NCBI GenBank assembly: GCA_965218435.1
Contig: CBDCKW010000009.1
Coordinates: 2,592,001 to 2,656,000 of the forward strand
DNA: 64,000 bases
Source of the DNA: Truepera sp.
Lineage (GTDB): Bacteria; Deinococcota; Deinococci; Deinococcales; Trueperaceae
Reading direction: 5' to 3'
The notes under the pieces are model-generated. The model ran no database searches and was not told the origin of the DNA. It was given only the letters and a program-made list of their open reading frames with translations. Shown in pieces: positions 20,104 through 30,744 of this stretch. A program made the translations under genes and the position numbers. Positions within the stretch are counted from its first letter, which is position 1. Every line of letters starts with the position of its first letter.

Positions 20104-21775
20104 ACCCCAGCAGGGTAGAAACCGGGGTGTCGGCGCGGCTTTCGCGGTAATGGTGCTCTAACAGGGACGCGAGCTCATCTGAAACGCGGGGGGCCAGCCA
20201 CGCGGCGATGCGTTCGTGCAGGCTCGGGCGTTCGCTGAGCGGCACCGTGAGGAGCGCGGCGCGGCGCAGCAGTTCGCTGCGAAAGCGGAGTTCGGTCTCT
20301 CCGGGTAGACTCGAGTACAGCTCTTTAGCCAACAACTCTTCGCTGAGCAGTGCTTCGATATCTGCGCCCTTAACGTCGGCAAGGTGCGCTGTGAGGTGCG
20401 CGGCCAGCCCCGTCCACGACCGCTCCCCGACGAGCGCCAGCTGCGCGAGCAGATAACGCTGCGCCTGCGGCAGCATATCGAGGCGCGCTTGCAAAAGTGA
20501 AGTCAGTGAACCTGAAAACGACCCGGTGCGGGCGTTGCTGAGGGTGCGGCCGAGCTCGATGGTGTAGGCCGGATTACCGCCGGTCTCGCCGACCAGCGAG
20601 GTCGTTACGAGCCGCAAACTTGGGTCAACGAGCTCTTCTAAAATACTTAAGCAAGCGTCTTTCGGCAGGGGTGCTAACGCAAGCTCCGCCGCGCCTACAG
20701 GGGCGGGTTTACGGGAGAGCCGCAGGTGCAAAAGGGGCGTAGGGAACGCTCCAGGAGGCGGTAGAGCTTGGCGTGGTCCATCGGAGATAAGGAGAAGTTG
20801 CGCCGCGCCGCGCCCTGATTCCGCTTGTGACTCTGGTGGTGATTCCAGTTGCAAGTCAGCTGAACCTTGCAAGTCCGAAATCTGCCCAAAAGGATGCACG
20901 GAAGCAGCTGTAGGGTCGGACCCCAACCACACGACTTGCGCCAGCCCCTGCACCCTGACCGCCTCGCTAAACTCACGCACTAACCGCGTTTTGCCGCTCC
21001 CCGCCTCACCGACGATCCACAGTTCTTGCGCCGTTTCCTGCGTTCTGGCCCGTTCTAGTGCGCCCCACAGGGCGATCATCTCAGCGTTCCGCCCGACGAA
21101 CTTGAGCTGCGCGTAAGGGTCGCGCTGCCGCGCCTCGTGCATAAAACGCTGTGCCTGCGTGATGTCGGGAAACCCGGCGAGGGTAAGCACCGGGCTCGGC
21201 TCGTAGCGCAGGCTGTGCCGTGTGGCGCGGTATGTTTCCGGCCCGACCCAAACCTCGCCGGGCGTGGCGGCGGCCTCGAGCCGCGCTGCCAAATTGACCG
21301 CGCTGCCCATCACGGTATAGTCCTTGATTTTGCCCGACCCCAAATTTCCGGCGATCACCAAGCCGGTATTGACGCCCGCTCGCCCTTTAAGCGGGTAGCC
21401 CTTGCTCCGGCCCATCGCCTCAATCGCTCGCAACCCTTCGGCCGCTGCCAAAACTGCCCGCTCCGGGTCGTTCGGGTGCGCGTTGGGAGCACCAAAAAGC
21501 GCAATCAGCCCGTCACCCTGAAACGCGTCAATATAGCCGTCATACTCTTCAATGATGCCTGCGACAACGCTCAGTACGTCGTCGGCCAAGTCACGAAGTT
21601 TTTCGGGGTCAAAGTCCCGGGTCAAGGTGCTAAAACCGGTCAGGTCAACGAAGACGGTCGTGACCCGCCGCCGTTCGCGCCGCGCCGGGGCCACCGCTAG
21701 AGGCGCGCCGCACATCCCGCAAAAGCGCATCGAGGCAGGGTTTTCAGCGGCGCAGTTCGGGCAGCGAAGACTCAT
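20081..21775 (-). CDS. Zinc ribbon + class III nucleotide cyclase + shortened AAA ATPase
   Basis: CPNC...CGMC; FVDLTGFS, QGDG, GSAVNLAARLE; Walker A GEAGSGKT. Confidence 0.85.
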   Translation of the reverse strand: MSLRCPNCAAENPASMRFCGMCGAPLAVAPARRERRRVTTVFVDLTGFSTLTRDFDPEKLRDLADDVLSVVAGIIEEYDGYIDAFQGDGLIALFGAPNAHPNDPERAVLAAAEGLRAIEAMGRSKGYPLKGRAGVNTGLVIAGNLGSGKIKDYTVMGSAVNLAARLEAAATPGEVWVGPETYRATRHSLRYEPSPVLTLAGFPDITQAQRFMHEARQRDPYAQLKFVGRNAEMIALWGALERARTQETAQELWIVGEAGSGKTRLVREFSEAVRVQGLAQVVWLGSDPTAASVHPFGQISDLQGSADLQLESPPESQAESGRGAAQLLLISDGPRQALPPPGAFPTPLLHLRLSRKPAPVGAAELALAPLPKDACLSILEELVDPSLRLVTTSLVGETGGNPAYTIELGRTLSNARTGSFSGSLTSLLQARLDMLPQAQRYLLAQLALVGERSWTGLAAHLTAHLADVKGADIEALLSEELLAKELYSSLPGETELRFRSELLRRAALLTVPLSERPSLHERIAAWLAPRVSDELASLLEHHYRESRADTPVSTLLGSTLSGDG

Positions 21776-21966
21776 TACCTTAGATTATACGCAGCCCGTC
21801 TTAAGGCATTCTTAAGGCGTTGGGAAGAAAATATTCATCTGGCTTTCATCTTTAGAGGGCTCGAGCTCCCAAACGCTGCAAAGCAAGTGAAGTTCCTTTC
21901 ACTCTGAAAAGATGTAATAGACAGTTGGTCTTTTCGCCTATTACATCTCACAATTGGTGACTACAG

Positions 21967-23352
21967 CTAGTTTTTTACCCAGTAGGCTTCTAAGTCGCTG
22001 GGGTACCCACCGCCTTGATCTTCTTCATCTGATCTATCGTTAGCCGCGACCAAGAAAGCGTCACTGTAGCTTCCTCCGGACGTGGCCGAATAACCCGCAA
22101 GATAGAGGCGTGTTTGCGGATTGCCATATGAGTCTGTGGTCATCGTCGTAGCAATACCGAGCGGATAGGTGATGGAATCAAGTACACCACGCTCACCGGG
22201 GGCTTTAAGTGGAGAAAACCAGTCCTGCTCACCTTCTGGTGAATAGCGGAGTGCGTAACCATAGGTTAAGCGTTTTTCCGTTTCTACTGTACCAACGACG
22301 TAAAGCCTACCCCTAGCATCTACTGCCGTCTCACTTAGCGCCCAGTAAGGTTCGGGCTCGAGGGTTTTATTCCACAACAAGTTGCCTTCACCGTCGAACT
22401 TGGTAATTGTAGCGGTACCGTCATCGTAGATTCTATCGGCTTTATCTATACCCGTTACGACATACACACGCGCTTCACCTGAGACTGCTAACGACACGGA
22501 AAAGTCATCATGGGAGTTAGGGATTATCTTTTCCCACAAGGTTTCACTGTCCGTCGTCAGTTTGCGCAATTTGCTCACCGCACCTTCGGGATTGTCTTCG
22601 TAGCTGCAGAGTTTTTTTACACCAGCCGTGTAGACGCTATCTCCTGACACGGCTACCTTTTCTGTGTCTGAGAAGCCGCCCGGTTTCTCCCAGAGTTTCT
22701 GACCGTTCGTGTCATACTTGAGTAAGGCGGCATCTTGGCCTACCTTGCTACATGGTCCCCCACGACGAGCGATGAGATAGGCGTTTCCATCGGTAGCTAC
22801 AGCAAAGTCATTAGCGAGTTGACCTAAACCCCCCTGGTCGTCATCATGATATTCGGCCACTTGTTCGTCCCAAAGACGCGTCCCGTCAACTGTGTACTTG
22901 CTAAGGTAGGTCGTTATAACGTCGCCTTCACCGGTATTTGTCTGGCTCAAAGCGTAGGCGTTCCCTACGTCATCCGAAGCTACAGCGACGCTCGAGTCTG
23001 CACACTCCGGTGGTGAGCCAGGGTCGGGCTCGACATTAGGTACAAAAGGGGGGTCTTCACAGCGGTCTACCCGCTGCTCCCACGCGAGTTTTCCCTCCGC
23101 GCTGTAACGCCGTAAAAACCAAAAATCAACGTCTTTGCGGTCGTTGACCTCACCGATGTCACCTGCCGTAAAACCGACAACCAGCACGTCACCGTTTGGC
23201 GTCACTGCAACGTCTACTGCTGCGTCGGCAAGCTCGGTGCTCATCGAAGCGGGCGGTGAGAAGTCCGGGGCAGTTGACGGTTCGGGCGTCGGCACATTTT
23301 GGCTACAACCAACTAGCAAAGCGAGCAGGGTAAAACGCAAAAGACGGTTCAT
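21967..23352 (-). CDS. Lipoprotein with beta-propeller (SBBP-like) repeats
   Basis: Lipobox LVGC; repeated VAVxxxGNxY...KYxxxGxxLW blades. Confidence 0.75.
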   Translation of the reverse strand: MNRLLRFTLLALLVGCSQNVPTPEPSTAPDFSPPASMSTELADAAVDVAVTPNGDVLVVGFTAGDIGEVNDRKDVDFWFLRRYSAEGKLAWEQRVDRCEDPPFVPNVEPDPGSPPECADSSVAVASDDVGNAYALSQTNTGEGDVITTYLSKYTVDGTRLWDEQVAEYHDDDQGGLGQLANDFAVATDGNAYLIARRGGPCSKVGQDAALLKYDTNGQKLWEKPGGFSDTEKVAVSGDSVYTAGVKKLCSYEDNPEGAVSKLRKLTTDSETLWEKIIPNSHDDFSVSLAVSGEARVYVVTGIDKADRIYDDGTATITKFDGEGNLLWNKTLEPEPYWALSETAVDARGRLYVVGTVETEKRLTYGYALRYSPEGEQDWFSPLKAPGERGVLDSITYPLGIATTMTTDSYGNPQTRLYLAGYSATSGGSYSDAFLVAANDRSDEEDQGGGYPSDLEAYWVKN

Positions 23353-23662
23353 AAACCTCCTGGACTCCTACGCGTTTTTGTAGACGTAACGGCTTTCGGG
23401 GCGCAATGCTGACTAACTATAGCTAGCTTTGGCTTGCTAAGCGAGTAAAAAGAGTGTTCACAAACTTCACATACTTGAGCCGTACCGGTAGCTTGTAGCC
23501 GGATAAAGCTCGTAGTTTTACACCTCTCGAGACACTTGTTAAGACGCTGTTTGGCTCGAGCCTTACAAAGCTAAAAATCGTCTTATACATACACATCAGC
23601 AGCTGCTAAAAAGCTCAGAATAGAGTAGTGCGGCGTTGCCGCCAAGGGGCTCAAAACTTTTT

Positions 23663-25573
23663 ATGACAACCACGCATAACCAACACCACACGCACACTAC
23701 AGTTCCGCCCAAGGGCCGCTACCTCTTTACACTGGCGCTTGGCGCGCTTGGCATCGTCTACGGCGACATCGGCACCAGCCCGCTCTACGCGCTGCGCGAG
23801 TCATTCGCCACCGGGCGCGGCACAGCGCCTACGCCTGAAAACGTCTTGGGAATTTTGTCCCTTATCTTTTGGTCACTGATTATCGTGATTTCAGTGAAGT
23901 ATCTGGCCTTTATCATGCGCGCCGACAACCACGGCGAAGGGGGCATTCTGGCCTTGACCTCGCTCGTAACGCCGATGCAGGTTAAACGGGGCGGTGGCCG
24001 CTGGCTGCTCATCTCGCTCGGGCTTTTCGGGACGGCGCTCCTCTACGGCGACGGCGTAATTACCCCGGCGATTTCAGTCCTCAGCGCCGTTGAAGGCTTA
24101 GGGGTGGCGACGCCTCTTTTCGAGCCTTATATTTTACCCCTGACCATCGGCATTCTTGCGGTTCTCTTCGTAGCGCAGCGCCTCGGGACGGGCGGCGTCG
24201 GCAAGATATTCGGCCCCATTACGGTGGTCTGGTTTGTCACCCTGGCAGCTTTAGGCGTCGCTCAGATTGTGCAGCACCCCGGCGTCTTGGTGGCCGCTAG
24301 TCCGGGTTACGCGCTCTCTTTTTTTCTCAGGAACGGTTGGCAAGGATTTTTAGTGCTCGGGTCGGTGTTTTTGGTCGTGACGGGCGGGGAGGCTCTTTAC
24401 GCCGACATGGGTCACTTCGGGCGGCGTCCGATCCGGCTGGTCTGGTTCGGGATCGTGTTACCGGCCTTGCTGCTCAACTACTTTGGTCAAGCAGCACTCA
24501 TTTTGAACGATCCCAAAACGGTAGAAAACCCTTTTTATCAGATGGTGCCGAGTTGGGGGCTTTATCCGGTGGTGATTCTGGCAACGCTGGCGACTGTGAT
24601 CGCCTCACAAGCCCTGATTTCCGGAGCCTTTTCGCTGACTGCGCAGGCGGTGCAACTCGGCTATTTGCCCCGCGTGCGTATCTTGCATACGTCGCGTAAA
24701 GAGTACGGACAGGTCTATATCCCGGCGGTCAACTGGCTTTTGATGGTGACCTGTATCGGGCTTGTCCTCAGCTTTCAGTCGTCGTCAAACCTAGCTGCCG
24801 CTTACGGCGTCGCGGTCACGATGACGATGGCGATTACCACGCTGCTCTTTTACTTTGTCGCCAGGGAGCGTTGGCACTGGCCCCTGTGGGCGGTAACGCC
24901 GTTATGCACCTTCTTTTTCATGATAGACCTAGCATTTTTCGGGGCGAATGTACTCAAAATTCCGCAGGGCGGTTGGTTTCCGCTCGTTGTCGCTATCGGG
25001 ATTTTTACCCTGATGACCACCTGGAAACGGGGCCGGATGATCTTGGCAGAAAGGCTTGACGAGCGCGTCGCGCCTTTTAACGAGTTTTTAGAGCATGTCG
25101 CCCAAACCAACCCCGTGCGAGTTCCGGGTACCGCCGTCTTTATGTCACGGAAGCCAACCGACACACCCTACTCGCTGGCGCAAAACTTCGAGGTCTACAA
25201 ATGTCTGCACGAGCAGGTTATTTTGCTCACCGTAGAGACCGCCGAAGTGCCGCGTATCCGGCGGGGTAGACATATTGACGTAACGCCGCTCGGCAGCGGC
25301 TTTACCAGGGTCGTCTTACGTTACGGGTTTATGGAGAGCCCAAACGTTCCTAAAGCACTCAGCCGCGTCTGTATCAACGGCAAAACCCTGTCAACCAGCG
25401 AGATTTCTTACTTCATCGGGCGGGAAACGCTTTTCGCCACCCCGCGTCCGGGGATGGCCCACTGGCGTGAACAGCTCTTCGCGCTGATGTCGCGTAACGC
25501 TCTTTCCGCATCGTCTTTTTATCGGCTACCGCCCGACCGGGTCATCGAGTTAGGCGTGCAGGTTGAGCTTTAG
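23663..25573 (+). CDS. kup: KUP/HAK/KT potassium transporter
   Basis: GIVYGDIGTSPLY, ADNHGEGG, GEALYADMGHFG, GQVYIP. Confidence 0.95.
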   Translation: MTTTHNQHHTHTTVPPKGRYLFTLALGALGIVYGDIGTSPLYALRESFATGRGTAPTPENVLGILSLIFWSLIIVISVKYLAFIMRADNHGEGGILALTSLVTPMQVKRGGGRWLLISLGLFGTALLYGDGVITPAISVLSAVEGLGVATPLFEPYILPLTIGILAVLFVAQRLGTGGVGKIFGPITVVWFVTLAALGVAQIVQHPGVLVAASPGYALSFFLRNGWQGFLVLGSVFLVVTGGEALYADMGHFGRRPIRLVWFGIVLPALLLNYFGQAALILNDPKTVENPFYQMVPSWGLYPVVILATLATVIASQALISGAFSLTAQAVQLGYLPRVRILHTSRKEYGQVYIPAVNWLLMVTCIGLVLSFQSSSNLAAAYGVAVTMTMAITTLLFYFVARERWHWPLWAVTPLCTFFFMIDLAFFGANVLKIPQGGWFPLVVAIGIFTLMTTWKRGRMILAERLDERVAPFNEFLEHVAQTNPVRVPGTAVFMSRKPTDTPYSLAQNFEVYKCLHEQVILLTVETAEVPRIRRGRHIDVTPLGSGFTRVVLRYGFMESPNVPKALSRVCINGKTLSTSEISYFIGRETLFATPRPGMAHWREQLFALMSRNALSASSFYRLPPDRVIELGVQVEL

Positions 25574-25679
25574 CTCATTTGCTCGGCTGATTTAGCAGTA
25601 GCTCGTAGTTACACTTACACATGCGTTAAAGGGCTAGGCACACGTTTGCAAATGCATGTCACATCGTCTAAAGTGCGCT

Positions 25680-26051
25680 ATGAAACCGACTGTAACGGTA
25701 GCGTTTTTAAGCATCATGTTGTGGTTGACGTCGTGCGCAACACAACCCACTCAGCCGCCATGCACCACTGAACTCTCGCCTATCGTTACCCCTACAAACA
25801 TTAATCTGCTGCCGGAGGAAACCGCGCAGCCTTCGTTCAAAGTTTTGAGTTGCGGGGGCAAGCTCGAGCTAGGTGTCACCCCACGCTGGGTATCGGCAGA
25901 CCCGAGCGTCGCAACTGTAGACGCCTCGAGCGGCCTTATCACAGCGCAGCTTGTTGGAGGAAACACGAAGATTACGGTATCAGAAGAAGAATACGGCACC
26001 AAGGCTACAGTTACCGTCAATGTCGCTGTCGTTGACCCTGTACCCCGGTAA
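25680..26051 (+). CDS. Lipoprotein with Ig-like (Big_2) domain
   Basis: Lipobox LTSC; WVSADPSVATVDASSGLITA. Confidence 0.7.
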   Translation: MKPTVTVAFLSIMLWLTSCATQPTQPPCTTELSPIVTPTNINLLPEETAQPSFKVLSCGGKLELGVTPRWVSADPSVATVDASSGLITAQLVGGNTKITVSEEEYGTKATVTVNVAVVDPVPR

Positions 26052-26081
26052 AGCTCAGGACAGCCAAATCGTCGTTCCGAC

Positions 26082-27350
26082 TTACTGCAAGCCTAGCAGC
26101 GGAGCGGGGTCTTGGTACACGAGGTCAAACCCTTCTGAACGGCCGATGCGAAGTTGCAAAATATCGGGGGCGATGATGCCGCCGCCCAAATAGCCGATGA
26201 TGTCCCCTTGCTCCACGCGGTCACCCAGCTTGACCACGGGAACCTGCAGATTGGTATAGGCCGAGATAAGCCCGTCAGCGTGGCGCACGGCCACGGTAAA
26301 ACCGCTGTTAGCGGTAATCACCGAAGCGCGGTAGACGAGCCCGGAGCGCACCGCCCGCACCGCCGTACCGGGTTGCTGGGCGCGGAGCCACACGTCAGTT
26401 GCGCCGTCTTGACCGTAGGGGCGCACAACCACCGCACCGGGAAAGGGTTCAGCAAAGTCTTGTTCGTCAGTTGGCGCAGGCGTGTCGAGGCCGCGGATCA
26501 GACGCTCGAGCCGCGACGCTTCGGTGGCGAAGGTATCGTCTTTGGGCCTTTCAGGTTGGGCTTCGGCGAGTTGGGCTTGGCGGGCGGCCGCTTCACGGAG
26601 GCGCTCGAGTTCAGCTGCTAACGACCCGCGCGCACCGGTAAGCCGCGCTTCAACCCGGTTTTGCTCAGTCAGTAAGGCTTCACGCTGCGCGAGTTGCCCC
26701 GCCCGTGACCCGCTCAGCTCCGCGATAACCCCTTCCAAGTTAGCTTGCGCCGTCTTTAGAGCTTGCGCGTTGGCTTTAAGTGCGCGGCTCTGCTGGCCAA
26801 GCGCCTGTACCTGTCCGGTACGCTGGGCTCTGGCTTGGCGCAGCGCCTCGGTCGTAGTGTTAAACGTTTCCAGCAGGGCGACGTCTTGGTTGGTAAGTTG
26901 CCCCAAATAGTAGTTCCTAACCCGCAGCTTAAAGAGTGATTCGCTCTGCGTAAGAGCGCCAAAAAAACGCCCGCTACGGCGTTTGTGGAGGTTGACCAGC
27001 AGGTCTTGAAGCTGCCCTTTGAGGCCGTCGGCTTGGGCGCTGAGGCGTGTGATACGCTTCGCCGAAGCCCGCTGCTGCGTCCGTAGCCGCGCCGTTTGGG
27101 TGCGAATACGGCTCTGGTGGTTACTTAGCGCCACGATTTTTTCACCCAACCGGTCGCGCTCGGCGAGCTGCGCGTCGAGCTTCGTATTGGTATCTGAAAG
27201 CTGCGCGGCGAGAGTTGACAGCGCAGCTTCTCTCTCGGCCAAGACCTTCTCGTACGCAGCAATCTGCTCTTCTAACACCTTTTGCTTTTGTGCCCCAGCT
27301 ACCGGCAAAAGTGCGCCGAGTAACAGCAGGGTGAGCAAGACGCGCTTCAC
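26082..27350 (-). CDS. EnvC-like murein hydrolase activator (coiled coil + degenerate M23 domain)
   Basis: Signal peptide, long coiled coil, M23-like C-terminus lacking HxxxD/HxH Zn ligands; directly downstream of ftsX. Confidence 0.8.
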   Translation of the reverse strand: MKRVLLTLLLLGALLPVAGAQKQKVLEEQIAAYEKVLAEREAALSTLAAQLSDTNTKLDAQLAERDRLGEKIVALSNHQSRIRTQTARLRTQQRASAKRITRLSAQADGLKGQLQDLLVNLHKRRSGRFFGALTQSESLFKLRVRNYYLGQLTNQDVALLETFNTTTEALRQARAQRTGQVQALGQQSRALKANAQALKTAQANLEGVIAELSGSRAGQLAQREALLTEQNRVEARLTGARGSLAAELERLREAAARQAQLAEAQPERPKDDTFATEASRLERLIRGLDTPAPTDEQDFAEPFPGAVVVRPYGQDGATDVWLRAQQPGTAVRAVRSGLVYRASVITANSGFTVAVRHADGLISAYTNLQVPVVKLGDRVEQGDIIGYLGGGIIAPDILQLRIGRSEGFDLVYQDPAPLLGLQ

Positions 27351-28211
27351 CTACAGCTCCTCTTGCAGGTACTGCGAGACCGACAAGGCGCTACCGATCA
27401 GTCCGACCAACAGGGCTAAGGCAATCAGCAACAGCGACAGCTGGGCGAGCGCGAAGGGATCGCGGACCAGGGGCAAAAACCGGAGCGTTTCCGAGAGCCG
27501 CAACGTCACGAAGCTGTACCCCGGTACGACCAGAAGCAGGGTCAGAAGTGCACTTAGCAAGCCTAAAAAAACGCCTTCAATGAGAAACGGCGAGCGGATA
27601 AAGCCGCGCGTCGCGCCGACCAAGCGCATGACTTCGATCTCTTCACGCCGCGCGGTAATAGCGGCCCGAATCGAGTTGACGATGGCAAACAGGGCGCTCG
27701 AGAGCAGCACCACGATTAAAACCGAGCCGATCAGCCGCAGCGCGTCGTTGATGGCTAAAAAAGTCGAGACCGCCTCGCCGCCGTCTTCAACCTCGGCCAC
27801 GCCGGGGAGCGCCCGCAGTTCAGCGGCGACGCGGGCCGTTTGTGCAGGGTCGGAGAGCCGCAAGTACAGGGAGTACGGTAACGGATTGTTAACCTCGCGG
27901 CTCGCGCTCGCAATATACGGGAGCTGCGTTTCCAAGTCTTGCAGCGCCTCGGCGGGTGAGACGAGTTGTACGTTCACCACCCCGTTCCAACCGCTGACCG
28001 TTTCTAACACACTTTGCGGCGCTGCGTCAGGGGACAAATAGGCGGCCAGCTCGAGCTCATTTTGCAGCTCACCTAAGTTGAGGTTGACATTGAGCGTCAG
28101 CAGACTAAATCCGGCTAGAATCGTCAGGGAAAGCGTCATCGTCGTCAGGGTGGAAATGCTCGCGATCCAGTTTTTGCGCATCGCACGTAGAGCTTGGCTA
28201 AGAGCGTACAT
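27351..28211 (-). CDS. ftsX: Cell division permease FtsX
   Basis: NPLP loop, ARREEIEVMRLVGATRGFIRSPFLIEG; GGAGG RBS before ATG 28211. Confidence 0.92.
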   Translation of the reverse strand: MYALSQALRAMRKNWIASISTLTTMTLSLTILAGFSLLTLNVNLNLGELQNELELAAYLSPDAAPQSVLETVSGWNGVVNVQLVSPAEALQDLETQLPYIASASREVNNPLPYSLYLRLSDPAQTARVAAELRALPGVAEVEDGGEAVSTFLAINDALRLIGSVLIVVLLSSALFAIVNSIRAAITARREEIEVMRLVGATRGFIRSPFLIEGVFLGLLSALLTLLLVVPGYSFVTLRLSETLRFLPLVRDPFALAQLSLLLIALALLVGLIGSALSVSQYLQEEL

Positions 28212-28362
28212 GGGTTCCTCCGGCAATCGTCCTTAAGCGTTTATACCAAACCCACCCCCTCAGGCTATGAGATGGGTTGGTTGGTCCACAGGTAACCGCC
28301 TGAGTCTGCGAAAAACCGGCTTGAGAATAGTCTGATGAACCCCGCTACAAGAGTCAGGCCAC

Positions 28363-28396
28363 AAAAATCAAGCCGAACTGTTACGCTCGGCCTGAC
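28363..28396 (-). terminator. Rho-independent terminator after the DUF1080 gene
   Basis: Minus strand TCAGGCCGAGC-loop-GTTCGGCTTGA then TTTTT. Confidence 0.6.
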
Positions 28397-28494
28397 AGGA
28401 AAATCGCTACAGGGTGTCAATACAAGGCTGGGTTGACGCCCGATTTTATGCTGACTCCCTACTACTTACTTCTATCTTCTGACTCCTGTCTCCC

Positions 28495-30426
28495 TTAATT
28501 CAGCGGCTCAAGCCAGATGTTGCGGTAACGTACCCGGTGGCCGTGGTCTTGCAGACGGATCGGCCCGTCACGCGGCCCTTCAGCGTCGCCCAAGGTCGTG
28601 GCGCGCGAGATCGCCGTCCCATTATGAACTTTTACGCCGTTCCAGACAACGGAGACGTAAGCCGGTCCGACCTTGCGGCCACCTGAGTATCGGGGCGCAC
28701 GAAAGGTGATGTCGTAGCTTTGCCAGCTGCCTGCCGGTCGGCTCGCGTTGCGGCTCGCATCTTTGATCCCGTAGATAGCACCCGCGTCATTCTGACCGCT
28801 TAGCGTTCTGCGGTATGAGTCGAGCACCTGCACCTCGTAGCGCCCTTGCAGGTAGATACCCGAGTTACCCCGGTTCTGCTCAGAGGCGCTAGAGGATGAC
28901 TGAGGAACCTGAAACTCGACGTGCAACCGAAAGTCGCCGAAGCTGCGTTTGGTCTCGAGGTCGTTTTGCCCGACGCGGGAACCGGGGTTGACCTCGAGCG
29001 CCCCATCCCGGACGGCCCAACGTGATCCGTCCCGGTTTTTAGGTGTCCACTCGGCTGTGCTGCCGCCACCAAAAAGTGTGATGCGTTTGCCACCACTACT
29101 GCCGCTGCTACCCCCGCTACTACCGCCCCCGCCACCCGACTCAGACACCAGCGGTTTCAGCTCGATGTTGCGGTAGTACACCTCGGCCCCTTCAGCCTGA
29201 AACGCGATGCGCCCCGCTGTCAGCGGCTTCCCGCTGCTACGCAAACGCTCACCCCGGTTGACCACTTCACCGTTGACGATATGAATGGTCTCATCGCCCT
29301 TAACGATGATCTCGCCGGTGTTCCAGGCTGTGAGCGAGTCCCGTTGCCGATTCCGCACAACCCGGACAAACGAACCTGGTCGAGTTGTATAGGATGCTCC
29401 ACCCTCGCGGTACTGCTTCGGGTCAGCTCTAAGTGACGCAACCGTCGTCGTCAGGGTTGTACCGCCGAGCAACCAGAAATCGCCGGTATTACCCTCGAGT
29501 ATCTGGTATTCGACGCTCCGAGGCCACACCCGGTCACGCCCCTGAACGTGATAGACCACGCCGCTATCGCGTTTGGCGTTGGCCCTGGGAGCAAACTTCT
29601 TACGGCCCCAGCGGTACTGAAAACGCAGGTGATAATCGCCGTAGTTGCGGTCTGTCGCTACGTAGCCGAACTCCTGCCGCTGGCCACGGTCGGGAACGTC
29701 TAAGATATGAAGCATCCCGTTTTCGACCTTAAACACACCTTGTGGGTCGTTGTTGCGACCCTTCGAGGGTAAATAGGTGTACCAGCCGTCTAAGTTTTTG
29801 CCGTTAAACAGTGAAATCCAGTCACTGCTGGTAGGTCTAAGCGGCTCGGACAGGGCAGCGCCTACCGGGACAAAGCTCAGGCTGTCGAGCGCCAACACGT
29901 AACCACGGCTCTGAGGGTTTTTACCCGTGACGGTAAACCTGAAATACTTACTCCCCGCCTTGGTAAAAACCACTTCTCCCAAGGTTACGGTCTCAAACGT
30001 TGCTGAAGGCGCGTAGAGGTCGGTCGGTTCGCCGACGTTTGCAAACCCCTCCGGCGCAGCTTCGGCCACAGCCAGCTGAAACATGCCGCGCGACACCCAC
30101 TTTTTCGTGCGCAGCTGAACGCTGTAGCGTCCTGCCGGAACGTCGGCGCGGTAGGTAACGTACGGGCCGGAGGTTCTAGCTCCTAGAAACGCGCACTTAC
30201 CGCCGCTACAACCGGCGTCGTTGGAGACGGCCGTTTTAGCGCCTGAAAGCTCGGCAAGCGGCTGCGTCTCGAGCTCAAAGGTCACCGTCTGCGCCGCCAG
30301 CGTGTCTAAAGACACCCCGTCAGTCGGCGCGGTGATCCTTGCACACCCGCCTAGAAAAAGCGTGGCGTAAGCTAACATTAGGGCGGTAATAACATACCTA
30401 GAACTGTACTTGGAACGGCGAAACAT
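28495..30426 (-). CDS. Lipoprotein: CBM-like domain + two DUF1080 (3-keto-disaccharide hydrolase-like) domains
   Basis: Lipobox LGGC; LFNGKNLDGW, DSG/NSGIY, EYQI/EVQVLD, FQAEG/LQDHG...YRNI repeated twice; G/S linker. Confidence 0.85.
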   Translation of the reverse strand: MFRRSKYSSRYVITALMLAYATLFLGGCARITAPTDGVSLDTLAAQTVTFELETQPLAELSGAKTAVSNDAGCSGGKCAFLGARTSGPYVTYRADVPAGRYSVQLRTKKWVSRGMFQLAVAEAAPEGFANVGEPTDLYAPSATFETVTLGEVVFTKAGSKYFRFTVTGKNPQSRGYVLALDSLSFVPVGAALSEPLRPTSSDWISLFNGKNLDGWYTYLPSKGRNNDPQGVFKVENGMLHILDVPDRGQRQEFGYVATDRNYGDYHLRFQYRWGRKKFAPRANAKRDSGVVYHVQGRDRVWPRSVEYQILEGNTGDFWLLGGTTLTTTVASLRADPKQYREGGASYTTRPGSFVRVVRNRQRDSLTAWNTGEIIVKGDETIHIVNGEVVNRGERLRSSGKPLTAGRIAFQAEGAEVYYRNIELKPLVSESGGGGGSSGGSSGSSGGKRITLFGGGSTAEWTPKNRDGSRWAVRDGALEVNPGSRVGQNDLETKRSFGDFRLHVEFQVPQSSSSASEQNRGNSGIYLQGRYEVQVLDSYRRTLSGQNDAGAIYGIKDASRNASRPAGSWQSYDITFRAPRYSGGRKVGPAYVSVVWNGVKVHNGTAISRATTLGDAEGPRDGPIRLQDHGHRVRYRNIWLEPLN

Positions 30427-30744
30427 GGCCCTTACCTCCGGTTCGCTACGTGAGGCCGACGCTTGTCTGGAGCGTCGGCTCCTAGAGAAGTCAGCGCAGC
30501 TTGAACACCTACGCGTCCGCTTACCCTAAAGGCGGTACCGGCCCGTAACCTGTAAAATCTTTTACATCTGGTTTATAAACATTTAGGTTTTCGTAAAGGA
30601 TATAGCAAGTAGCCTTCGGTTAGCGGCGCTCTGCAGCTGATGTTCGCCAATCAGCACGCATATTTCACAACAACGTTCATGGCGGTTTTTTACGAAAATA
30701 CCAGAGCTGGTGTCGCAGGTTCCAAAAAGCCAGCTGCTGGGACT

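Noticed and set aside
27019..28041. 340-aa plus-strand ORF
   Set aside because: Antisense shadow of ftsX/envC with Ser/Arg-rich, non-protein-like composition.
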